Shown: in pieces, positions 39,901 to 52,190 of the stretch
Numbering within the stretch: position 1 is the first letter of the stretch
How the letters are laid out: every line of letters starts with the position of its first letter
Assembly: GCA_024679065.1 (NCBI GenBank)
Contig: JAGIQG010000009.1
Location: 42,346,001 to 42,410,000 of the forward strand
Length of the DNA: 64,000 nt
Direction: 5' to 3'
From: Sphyrna mokarran
Lineage: Eukaryota
Translations under genes and position numbers: made by a program
The notes under the pieces: generated by a model
The model's input: the letters and a program-made list of their open reading frames with translations, nothing else
Database searches by the model: none
Told to the model about the DNA's origin: nothing

Positions 39901-40149
39901 CAATCTAATGTCTGAATTTCCTGGAAAGTTGGTAAATCATGGGAGCAAATGGAAATCTGTTTTTTTTTAAGCAATAGAGCTGACAGAATCTAGATAACAC
40001 AGCATTAACAATGCAACCAAATCAATGATTGAGAATGCTGAAATCTAAATTTTGCAATTAGCTGTGGGATTGACTGGAAGAACACGATTCACTGCCAGTC
40101 TATTTAAATGCTGGAGGAGGAATGATCACACTTAGGAAGATGTAGCAAA

Positions 40150-42640
40150 TCAAGGGGTAACGTCAAGGTAGCACAACAAAATAGTAAGATGGGAAAAGAG
40201 AGTCAAAGCAGGCAGGGACTGAGAGGAAAAAACCCAAGAGTACACTAAAGTAACAACTAGATGTTACAAAGATACCAAAAAGACAAAACTAAAGGCTCTG
40301 CATGTAAAAGCGAGTAACATTCAAAACAAAGTAAATGAACTGAAAGCACATTGAAGGAAATAAATATGATCTAATAGCCATTACAGGATGAGAAGGATTG
40401 GGGTTTCAATATTGAGGATCATATGACAATTCAAGAAGAATCGGAAGTTAGGTTAAAGATGGAGGATTAGCACCGTTAATTGGGGATGGCATGAGTTACA
40501 GATGACCCTGTTTCAGGAATCAGGATGTAGAATCAGTTTCGGTGGAGATGAGGAGTAATAGAAATACAAGGCTCTCATGGGAATGGTCTACTTCCCCACC
40601 TAACAGTAATTACAATATAGGCCAAAGTAGATAAGGAGTATTGGGTGCTTGTGATAAAAGGATGTCAATAATCATGGGTGATTTGAATCTACCTAAACTA
40701 GAAAAGTCAGATTGTCAATAGCAGCCTGAATGATGAGTTCAGAGAATACTTTCAAGATAGCTTCTTATAGCAGCACGTTCTGGAACTAACTGGAGAACAA
40801 ATTACATTAGACTTGAAGGATTAGTTAACTAGCTCATGGTGAAGACAGGCACAGGTAGCAGCAACCACAAAATGGTTTGAAAGGCAGAAGAATGGATCCA
40901 AGACTAGTATTTTAAACTTAAATAAGGGCAACTACTTAGGCATGAAAGCTGAATTAATTGAAGTGAACTAGAATACTAGGCCACAGGATTGATCATTAGA
41001 AAAACAGTGGCACTTATTTAAGGGCATTATTCAGAACACTCAGAAGAAATATACTCCTTTTTTATATTCCTAAAGAAAAATTTTAAGAGAAGAACCCACC
41101 ATTTATGGCGAACTAAGGAAGTTAAGGAAAGCTAAGAAAAGAAAATAAGTGACTGCATGAGGATGGGTGGCAGGTCAGATGATTGGCCAGAATGTAAAGA
41201 ATGGCAGAGAATGACTAAAAAATTAATCAGGAAAAATAAATGAGTATACAAGAGGAAGTTAGCTTTAAAAGTAAAAAATGAATAGCAAAAATTTCTACAG
41301 GTATTTAAACAATGATAATTAGCTTTTGTATTGGTCCTCTAAACAGTGACAATGTGCATTTAGTAGTAAGGAAATGATGGATGAAATGAACAAATATATT
41401 GCTGTGTGTTCATGCTACAGGATGCAAAAAATATTCTAGCTGTAATCAGGAGGTGAAAGGGAAAGCATTGCTGAGCAAACTGACGAGGTGCAGGCAGACA
41501 AGTCTCCAGGTTCTGATGGACTTCATCCTAGGCTCTTTAAAAAAAGTGGCCACTAAGGGCTAAATGCATTGGTATTAATTTTCCAAAATTTGTTAGATTC
41601 TGGAAAGGTTCCATTAGATGAAAAAGTAGCAAATATAACTCCTCTATTCAAGAAAGGAGGGAGGCAGAAAACTATAGTCAGTTAGCTTGACATTTATCAT
41701 AGAGAAGATGTTAGAATCAATCATTTAAGGGCTTATAGCTGGGCACTTAGAAAGGCGCAAGGTAATTGAGAAAATTGAACACAATTTTATGAAAAGGAAA
41801 TCATGTTGAAACAACATGTTGGAGTTTTTTGAAGGAACAGCACATTGTAGACAAAGGGGAGTCTATAGACATACTGTACTTGGATTTCCAGAAAGTATAA
41901 TGTGGGAAAATGTGAAGTCATTCATTATAGTGGGAAGAATAAGAGTATTGCAAACAGAGAATGATTGAAAATTCCAAGGTACAGAGGAATATCGGTGTCC
42001 TTGTGCATGACTCAAAAAGTTTGCATAAAGATACAAGTAATTAAGAAGACTAATGCAATGCTATCCATTATTACAAGTTCTGCACTGTAGGGTTCCATGT
42101 TCTATGTTCTATGAAGTGAACATAAAATTAAGGAAGCTATACTTTAGTTATATAGGGTATTACATCTTGAATACTATGTGCACTTTTGTTCTCCTTATTT
42201 AAGGAAGGAATTAAATGCATTGAAGGTGGTTCAGAAGAGGTTTACTAGGTTGATACCTGGAATGAGTGTGTTATCTTATGAGGAAACATTAACTTTCCAC
42301 TGGAGTTTAAAAGAATGAGGGGTGACCCAAATGAACAATATTGACAAGGTGGATGTGGAAAAGATGTTTCCTCTTGCGGGTGAGTTTGGAGATGGCAGGC
42401 ACTGATTTAAAATTAGGGGTCATATTTTTAGGACAGGGATAAGCAGATTGCTTTTCTCTCAGAAAGTTATGTGGCTTTAGAACTTTGGTAGATTTTTGTT
42501 TGGCAAGGAAAACAAAGGTTATTGAGGTAGATGGGAACGTGGAATTTGAAACACAAACAGATCAGTCATGATTGTTTTCAATGGCAAAGCAAGCTCGAGG
42601 AGCCAAATGGCCTACTTCTGCTCCTATTTCGTATGTTCAA
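40150..42640 (+). mobile_element. Decayed CR1 LINE ORF2 (APE and RT) with internal RT deletion
   Basis: YDLIAIT, IIMGDLN, KSPGSDGLHPRL, ANITPLFKKG, YLDFQK joined to YNVGKCEVIH; tail ggcctacttctgctcctatttcgtatgttc. Confidence 0.92.
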
Positions 42641-43611
42641 TGAAACAAGAAGGGGACAACAGTCTTGAATAATTTGTATGGATTCAGGTTCTAGGAATGC
42701 ACTCCATTGGGAGAATATTTGTTGGGGTGGGGAAATAAAATGCTTTGCTGCAGTATTTAAAGAGCTGTATTAACTTTAAGCGACAACCATTATCTCAGTA
42801 GCTTGGTTTGTAATTTTAAAAATGTCTGCACGATTGTTGCGTGACCAAAGAAATCCTTCATTACAACTTCTCTTAAGAACGTGCTGCTACATAAGGTTAG
42901 AATCATGATCAAGGCTTTTTTGGGAAGAGACAGATACAAGATTCTAAAGTTTGACAGACAATTCCTAGGGAGAACACAAGGAAAATGATCAATTCAGTTA
43001 ATTTACAACTAAAAAATCTCATACCTGACTTCTCAATACTAGAAAATGTTTAATGACTTACCAGGTCAGGAGCAGTATTAAGTACCTGTGGGATATATAA
43101 CTACCTTGCTGCTCTAGGATTATTTTGCAGGTTACAATAACTGAATGGCAACAAAAAAATTATAATTAGAGGTTTCTTGTTATATTATTCAAAAGTGTTA
43201 TGAACTCTGTTGTTATGCATATAAATCCAAATGCCACATCAGTCCACAGTCAGTGTAGCAAGCATGCATCAGTCTGAAGTTTAGTGAGATATAAGAAATA
43301 CATTTAATGCCAGTAACTTAATTTAAAACCACAATGTTACCCATTTCTAAGCAATCATAAAAAAGAATGCTTCAGATCTTCGCTGGATGTTTTAGTTTTC
43401 AGTAAAAAAAGAGCAGTTGGATAGATTCTGTCATATAAGTATCAGGAAAACAATACTCATTATAAACTTAGATGCCTTGATCCATCTGCTAACTTTACTG
43501 CAAATCTGCTGTCTGATTATTATATTCAAAAGACAAACCTGGGCAGACAAAAGGCAATGGGAACTTTAAAAACCAAGATCAATGACACAAATTTGATTTT
43601 GACTGACTTAA

Positions 43612-44362
43612 CCCTGAAAAGTGAGTTGATACATCTTGGGAGGACTAACAAGCCAAGGGAATGAACAAGGAATGGCGGGATGCTCAAAAATACAGAAGAC
43701 CAGAGGGATCTTGGGGTGCATGCCCAATGATTTCTGAAGATAGCAGGACAGGAAAATAAGGTGATTAAGAAGGCATATGAGATACTTGCCTTTATTAGTT
43801 AAGGCACAGAATATAAGAGCAGGTAGATTATGATGGAATTTCATAAAGCATATTGCTAGAGTACTGCATGCAAATCGGTTTGCCACACTATAGGAAGGAT
43901 GTAATTGCACATAGAAAGGGTGCAGAGATTTACCAGGATGTTGCCTGGGCTGGAGTGTTTCAGTTATGAAGACAGACTGGATAGGCTGGATAGCAGAAAA
44001 TGCTGAGGAGGTTCCTCATCGATGTGTATAAAATTTCAGATAACACACTGAAAAAGAGCAGATAGGAAGAAATGTTTCCCCAGAGCAGTGTGGTCAATAA
44101 CCAATGGACACAGACTTAAGGTTAAGAGCAGAGAAGATTTAAAGGGGATTGGAGGAAAAACGCTTTCACTCAGAAGGTGGTGGGAATCTGGAACTTACTG
44201 TCTAAACTGGCAGAGACAAGGACCCTCACAACAGTTATGAAGTATTTAGATGAGTATTTGAAATGCCATAGCAGACAAGTATATTGACAAAGTGCTGTTA
44301 AGTTCGATTAGAATAGATTGGTATTTGATGGCTAGCACAAATATGGTGAACCAAAGGGCCTC
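43612..44362 (+). mobile_element. CR1 3' fragment
   Basis: QRDLGVH, KKAYEILAFI, FTRMLPGL...SYEDRLDRL, FTQKVVGIWNLL. Confidence 0.9.
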
Positions 44363-44367
44363 TTTTT

Positions 44368-44690
44368 TTCATTCATGGAATATGAATGACACAGGTTTAC
44401 CAGTATTTATTGCCCATTTCTAGTTATTCTTGGAGGGACAATCACATTGCTGTGGCTCTGGAGTAAGCAAGTAGGCCAGGCCAGCTAAGGATGTCAGATT
44501 TCTTTCCCTAAAGGACATTAGTGAACCAGGTGGCTTTTTCTGACAATCAACAATGGTTTCATGGTCATCAGTAGATTTTGAATTTCAGATATTCTTTATT
44601 GAATTCACGGGATTTGAACGCGAGTCCCAATACATTAGCTGAGCTTCGGGATTAATAGTCTAGTGATAATACCATGAGGCCATTGCCTCT
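44368..44690 (-). mobile_element. tRNA-headed SINE (second family)
   Basis: Homologous to 34075-34430. Confidence 0.8.
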
Positions 44691-46577
44691 TCGTGCGCTG
44701 TAAAACTATATGACTGCGTATTGAGCTGGCTACATTTTTCTTCTAAGTGCATGCCATTGTACTTTTGTACCCTTTCCAACAGGGTTGTTATTCAATAAAA
44801 ATAAGCAAATTTGCATGAATACTTAACAACAGTACAGTTATATCAGTTGCTATAATCATCCCAACAATTCTATAAACATTTCTCTCACCAGTTCCTCTAT
44901 TTTCTCCTGATGGTATTGCCTCTTTTTTGAGATGTGGTTCAATGAGTACCATTGATAATTTACTCAGGTAATTATTCTTCATGTGAGTGACTGTGGGCAG
45001 CATTGCTGAGCTCATTTTGTCCTCACTACCATCCATTCACACAATTCCATTAGTGATTGCTGGACCATGATTAGGAGAGAAAATCCTCAGCTGAAATGCT
45101 CAACCATCCTCCTCCCACTGTCACAAAATTTGCTTTGAGCAATCATGATGTACCTAATGCCAATCCAGCTAAAATCAGTCAAATTGGACAGGGTGAGGAT
45201 CAAGCCTGGAGCAATCCTAATCAGTGTGACTTAGGTACTCATTGGATAAAATCTGTACCACTACCTATGGTTCACCACAAATTTAACAGAGTGCAACATG
45301 ACAGGCTTTGAGTAGAGTTTGGGAGTGGGTCGCTCAGAAACAAAAGTACCTGAAATGTTTTGCAAAGTAATGATCTGCATCTTTTCGTAAAACACTTCAA
45401 ACTGGAAGGAGAAATTGAAATGTGAATGAATCTGAATGTAAACATTTGCCTATTTGATCCGTTTGGATGCCTTTTCCACTAAACTACCTTAAATGCAATT
45501 ATGGCAAAAAGAGATCAACGAGTGTTTTAATTTCATATTAATCATGTTGAAAACATCCAAATATATTCAGAATTAATTCCTCTGGCATTTGGACATAAAC
45601 CCTAATTCTATGGTAAGCCGCAATCTTAATCTAATAATCATCTATCGAAAATACATGTATTAATGGCAAGTTATATCTTGGTATTAAATTGTGGATTAAT
45701 TAGTAAGTGAAAAGATAAATTCCTGATTAAAAAATGAACTGAAACTGCCCTTTTATTTGCTTTCTCCTAATGTGAATTGTCTGCACTAATGAATGCCTTC
45801 AAGTTAATCATACCAATCATGTAAGGCAATGAAGCATCCAATATCATTTTAATAGCAATACCATTCCAATATGTAATACATGCCTTTGAACAAATCATTC
45901 TGCAGGGTCACGGGCCAATAACTTACTCCTTTTTCGGAGCACTTGAAATGTAATTATGAACACGTTTGAACTTTTTCTAAGTGTTACACATAGTATGATC
46001 AAGGTAAGTGGAGACAAACAAAATAATCTTTTTACAGGTGAAGGCAAATGTGAAATGATCAACAAAAATTATGGATGGACCTCACAAATTACATCTTCCA
46101 ATTGCTTGTTTTTCCCACTGAATTCTTTGCTCTGTTTGCAATTTCACACCTTCACTTGTCGAACATTTAGCGAAGAGTCAAGAAGCCTCAGCTTTTCTTC
46201 AGTACTGCCAATTATATTCCCTTGCTACATTTCACAGTAAATTTCTATCTCAGAGCTCTCTAATTCAGTGTGGCGCATTGGTAATGACCTGAACGGTAGA
46301 TGTTTCACACATACATATTTAATTACAGCAGCTGAACAAATTACATATTTATGCTTTATAAAGAAGATTGTCATTCTAATTCATTTGCTATGCATGCAGG
46401 TACAAGACTCCCATCTGTGACTGCATCTGCACAACAAGGGGCTTTCATGGGATAACATGCTGTTAGCAGAAACAGTGAAACCTGTATTAAATGGTCATTC
46501 TCCAGACTGATCAAAAAAAAACGGCATCAAGGGATTGCTTCTTCATCCAGAATGGTCAAACTGGCCCATTTGTCACA

Positions 46578-46740
46578 AAAGCAAAATCTTACTGATGCTG
46601 GAAATCTGAAATAGGAACAAAAAAAACACTGAACACTCAGCAGGTCAAGCAGCACCAGTGAAGGGAGAAGTTAACATTTCAGGTCAATTACCTGAGAGGG
46701 TGCTGCTCAACCTGTTGAGTTTTTCAAGTTTTTTTTGTTC
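46578..46740. mobile_element. Palindromic Penelope-terminus-derived short element
   Basis: Arms actcagcaggtcaagcagcacc / ggtgctgctcaacctgttgagt; centre gttaacatttcaggtc. Confidence 0.65.
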
Positions 46741-47899
46741 TTACAACCCATTTGTCAGCTTATTATATCGATACGGTACAATTAGCGCTTGGCCATTGTA
46801 ATGATTACAGCATACAACACCTAATGGACAAATGCTTCCCTCGTTAATATTTTGCAGATGGTATCTCAAGACACTTCTAATAATAACTTTGTAAACATCA
46901 ATCTTTAACTATCTCACAACACAGCAGCAACTGAACTCACAGTGAATAGGTATTTGCACAGGCAACCTAACACTGGTACACAAATTAAATAAATTGATAT
47001 GTAAAAAAAATCCACATTATAAACAATAAAACAGCCTCAGAAACTATTTATACTACAAAATAATCGTGGTCAGATGGTTATTATAAGCTTTGCTTTTGTG
47101 GTTTGGTATGAAATAACTACATTTAATCACTTCCAGGCGTGTATTAACTTTATGTTCCCTTTCCTCCACCATCACCCTCCCCCCACCCTGTCTCTTTTAA
47201 AATGGTGTACTAATGATTGACATGATGATTTTAGGGCCCTGTATTAAAATATCATTCCCAGTTCTTTTGTATATGAATTAATTCCCTTGTGGCCACTATA
47301 GTAATCAGTTCTGGCTCTCTATTATTCTCTGGAGAAATAATCTTGTGAGGTGTTGATTACTGTCCACAACATCCCTCTCAGTTTGTTTTTTATACAGCAA
47401 GTTATCGATGAAGACCAATGAAGAAAGACTGAATGCGTGACACACTCGTCCAAGGAGATCGCACCGGTGATCAAGAGTTGTGACTAATATGTAAGTGCTA
47501 ATTGGTCTTTTTGCATATATGAACAAATATCCCTTATTCATTGGGTTTTGATAATTATTCAGATATATCAAAAGTCAGATTAAAGAGTGTATTGGATTGC
47601 TGAAAGATGAACAACGTCACAACGATGAGCTGTACAATGCTTGGAACTGAAATACAGACAAAAGCATCAAATCACTATTCTGAAGATGATTTTATTTTAG
47701 GTTTAGTTCATATTTGGTGGAACTGTTATTTCTAGCAGCAACCCTCATGGAAGAGGTGAATAATTGCAGATATACCACAGGGGTACATTATACAAAGTCC
47801 CGTAGTCAAAAATAGAAATTGTCCAAAATCTCAAGATCTGAGTGTCGTTCCCAGAACTGAGTAAGCATAAGAGGCCATTCTCAGGCTAATACCAAAAGA

Positions 47900-48202
47900 C
47901 AGAATCATAGAATCCCTATAGTGCAGAAGGACGCCATTCAGCCCATCAAGCCTGCACTGACAACAATCCCATCCGGGCCCTATCTGCGTACCCTGCTATT
48001 CCCCCTGACACTAAGGGGCAATTTATCATGGCCAGTCAACCTGGTCTTCACATCTTTGCACAATGGGAGCAAACTGGAGCAGCTGGAGTAAACTCATGTA
48101 GACACAGGAAGAACATGCAAATTCCACATAGACAGTGACCCAAGGTTGGAATTGAACCAGGGTCCCTGGTGCTGAGAGTCAGTGGTGCTAATCACTGTGT
48201 GC
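47900..48202 (-). mobile_element. HE1-type V-SINE
   Basis: Tail agaatcatagaatccctatagtgcagaagg, V-domain, B box ggttcaattcc. Confidence 0.85.
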
Positions 48203-49489
48203 ATACAGGACCAGAGTCCATTGTAGCGCTTTGAGATCTGTTTCCTCACACCTGCAGCCTTCCCTACTCTCCAGACACGAAGCTGCATATTCTGCCAACA
48301 GATAATCCAAAATCCAGGAATGTTCAAAATCCAGCACAGTCTCAGTCTTGAGGGTGCCAGATATTGAACATCGGAGCTGTACGCCATGCCCTCATTCTTT
48401 CAAGGCAGGGTTTGCATTTTAAACTGAATGTAAACCACATTTGTTTAGCTCCTCCTGCTCACAGGCAGTTAATCTCGTTGTTTCTACATGTAAATTGATA
48501 CCACTGTGAAGGTAGTATTTCTTTCTGGATTGGGATTTTCATAGTATCAATTTATCATACAGATCATATTTTCATACGTTAGCAAGTTTTATACACTTTT
48601 TACTTGATCAACATAACGGTAAGAGTTAAGAGTGAACTAGTTTCATTTGAATTTATTCTCATACTTCAGTGTTACTGATCTTAAACTGGCTCATCCAGTC
48701 AAGTCATTTCAGCTAAAAAAAAAAGGGCCAATAGTTTAACTTCACTGTGATTTTAAGATTTGTTCGGTAAATGGGTTTGCAGGATATGAAAACCTTTAAT
48801 CTCACTGAATGCCACCTTTGCTAATAGCAAAGAAAATCCATTATCTTGTGCTTCCCAAAGTTTATGCAGTGAAACAAACAAATTAGTTCAGGCTATTGCA
48901 GTGGCAAGAAGCAGTGTAATTACACTTTAATTAGGGCTATCAGCAGCTTCCATAATCTGCTAGGCTCCTGCCAAAGCAGACAGAGAAGCAATATAGGGGC
49001 CGATACGTAAACGATTGGAAGAACAGCTGGCCTCGCTTGTAAAGTACTTAAAACCAAAGGTACTACATGCTTTTTATGAGATAACGATCTTAACTGGTTA
49101 AATTTGGCTCATCCTTGTATGAGTAAACTCATCAGGTTGAAACTACTGTGTTTACCAGATCCATTAGAGAGTGACAGAGATTGAAATCACATTGTCACTT
49201 CAGTTATGTTTGTTGTTGCTTCCTGAAGTGACTTTCTCTGATAGCAATTTCTGTAACTGTCAGATCACCCTGACTTGTACTTGAGAATGGGTATTCATTA
49301 TAAGCATGCCCTTGTTTGGATGGCATTTCATTTACAACCCATAAGAGAACAGATTCATTTGGAAAGGTTTTCCACATCATAACGAGAAAGCGTAATAGTA
49401 CTAACTAAATAAAGAGCTGGGCAAAAATATAGATTAGATAACTCCTTTACAAGACTTCTTTCCAGGCACAGGTACAAAAATCATTTCAC

Positions 49490-49730
49490 GTCCACAAGAA
49501 GCCCCAAAACATTTTACAGCCAACATCTTAAAAAGATGTTGTAATGTAGGAAATGCAGCAGCCAATTTGCACATAGAAGGACCCCAAATACAGCAATGTG
49601 ATTTTGAAAAATGAAGTTGGGTCAGAAAAAATTATTGACCAGGGTGCACAGCCAGAAATTCCCATCCCTTGTTGAAAATAGTGTCAATCCCCAGATAGGA
49701 CAAACAGCATCTCAGTTTAAGCAAAAGACA
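49490..49730 (-). mobile_element. SacSINE1/DeuSINE-like fragment
   Basis: gttgtaatgtaggaaatgcagcagccaatttgcac. Confidence 0.6.
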
Positions 49731-50649
49731 ATGGCCAGGATTCTCCTGGGAAATATCTAAGTGCTGTTGTCAGTAGGAAAACCGGAATACACGGGGGCCA
49801 GAACATCTGGTCTCAAACCCAGTAATTATATTCAAACGTATTCAGATCAGCTATGATCTGATGCTCACCCACTCTCGGTGAGAATTTGACCAGGGTAGAT
49901 GTGGTAGGCTGGGAAACTTGCAACAGGTTTGACAACTGGTGAGAAGCCTGATTTGGCCTCTCCCCTGATTCATCAGCTGAGGCCCCTGAAGAATCACGCC
50001 TAACATCTCCAAAAGCCCTCAGCATCAGCCAACATTTACCACTCAGTCCTCTGCAATGGGACTTGTAACCGAAGGAAAAGCTCAGATTCAGAGATGAGAG
50101 TGCTGCTTAGTGAGCAAAAGCAGGAGAAAAATTTAACTTCAAAAGAAAGTTTGAGAGAGAATTACACTAGAGAATGCATGTTGAAAAATGGTTAGTCTTT
50201 CTACAATATTCAAATTTAAGCAGAACGTCAACATCCTGCCATTTTCTATGGATGTACAAGAAAAAACATGGAGTAGCTTTGACAATAATGTTAGAGAAAG
50301 GCCAAGTTGAATAAATTAAGAGAAATTCACAGTCTGTGGTTTGGAGTATGCTGCGATCGTGGTTGATTGTACTCTCCAGTGATGCCTCCATTACAGTGCA
50401 CAAAGTCAGTGGCAAGACACTCATATACATTGAGTTGGCAGGCTCCTGGTTTACTGGGTGTAGGGACACAGCACCTGCACCTCCACCTCATGCATTCAAA
50501 AATAACCAGTACTACTTGCTAACTTATAGAAACTAAAGTTCCTAATATCAGTAGTCTCACATGGGAGGGTAGAGGTTGCACAAAATCCTAGAACCACTAA
50601 GGACCCATCCCAACCAGGCCTTTGTTGTATTCTAAAATCAATAAAAGAT

Positions 50650-50740
50650 AACTGGCCCAAAACTTTAATTCTGTTCCTCTCTTCACATACACTGCATGAC
50701 CTGATGAATAGTTCCAGTATTTTTCATTTTCATTTCTGTT
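50650..50740 (+). mobile_element. Penelope-terminus-derived short element, decayed
   Basis: ctgttcctctcttcacatacactgcatgacctgatgaatagttccagtatttt. Confidence 0.45.
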
Positions 50741-50937
50741 AGAGTCCAACTGATTTGACTGTTGGAGTTATAATGGGGTATAGCAGAAACTTCAAGAACA
50801 TTGAGATTGTTTGGTTTAAAAAAGACTGAATTCCAATTCACTTACCATGCAATTGAATACAAGAATAGCATAATATAATGAAATAACTAACTTTTAAAAT
50901 AAAAAAAGCTAATAATGTCTAAACTTTCCACCTGGTA

Positions 50938-51775
50938 TTAGACTTAGAGGAGATCTAATAGAGGTGTACAAGATTATGAGGGGTATAGATAGAGTAAACA
51001 GGGTTAAGCTTTTTCCTAGGATGGACTCAAATGGCACAAGGAGTCATGGGCTTAGGGTGAGGGGGGTAAGGTATAATTTGGATGCTAGAGGGAGTTTTTT
51101 CACACAGGGTGGTGGGGGTATGGAATGCACTGCCAAGTAAAGTGGTGAAGGCAGGTACTCTGGAGTTATTTAAGAAATACTTAGATGGGCACATGAACAG
51201 AATGGGAATGGAGGGGTATAGAAAACTGATTTAAAATAGGGATCATGAGCCTTGGGAGTCCCTGGGAAGTGTGTAAATAGATGATGATATTGATGTACTT
51301 GTTTTTATCCTACAGGTGCTTTGGTCCACCTTGTTGTCTAACGAGGGGCATACACGCAATGGGTCGTGAGATGGCTGCTCTTGGATTATTTTTTGAGAGT
51401 TTCCTAGTGCTTCACGTCGTTAGTGTACGCTTGACCTGCATCATTTGATGGGCAACATGACAGCTCAGTGACTATCGCTGTGCTGTGCAGATACATGGAT
51501 TTGGGCCTGTGTCTGTGGGAGTTTGCGCATTCTCCCCGTGCTTGCGTGGGTTTTCTCCGGGTGCTCCGGTTTCCTCCCACATCCCAAAGATATGCTCTTA
51601 GGCTAACTGGCAAAACAAATTCTCCCTAAATTGTCTCAAATTTGGTTTTTAATCCATAGATCTATAAACATGGACAGGGATCGCGGGTGGAGGTAGGAAT
51701 GTCGGGGTGGCAGCATGGGCTTGTTGGGCTGAAGGGCCTGTTTCCCGTGCTGCTTTGTTCTTTGTACTTTAGACT
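50938..51775 (+). mobile_element. Young CR1 3' fragment with long 3' UTR containing a V-SINE domain
   Basis: LRGDLIEVYKIMRGIDRV...WNALP, stop at about 51234, V-domain at 51505-51630, tail gggctgaagggcctgtttcccgtgctg; ttagact at both ends. Confidence 0.85.
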
Positions 51776-51899
51776 CTGCAAATAAAGGATTTATTATGAA
51801 TGAGTTATCATCAGTGTTAAAATAATGCTTTTTGGAATATCTTGGTCTAAGAGTTAGTTGTGCTCAGTTAACAATATTTGCATCAGAATCAGTCCAGGC

Positions 51900-52190
51900 T
51901 GCAGAACCAAGATAACGCTGCACTATCTACATGTTCCAGTGGCCTTGTTGATCATGAGTAATTCAATAAGTGGGGAGTTCTCCTAATTTCTTGATCAACA
52001 ATCCTCCCTCAGCCACCTGCACCAAAAACAGAAGAACTAATGATCCACCTAATTGCTGTTTGTGAGACATTGTTATGCACAGAACAACTGATATATTTAA
52101 CAATATAAAAGCAGGAACTGCACTTCAAGGCTCCATGTGAAATATGTTGGGATATTGCTCAGGGATGCTATAAATACAACTTCCTTTCTT
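51900..52190 (+). mobile_element. SacSINE1/DeuSINE-like element
   Basis: ggggagttctcc...attgctgtttgtgagacattg...atgctataaataca. Confidence 0.6.

Noticed and set aside
43062-43082. TAATACTG miR-200/429-like seed on the minus strand
   Set aside because: The remainder does not match and no hairpin is evident.
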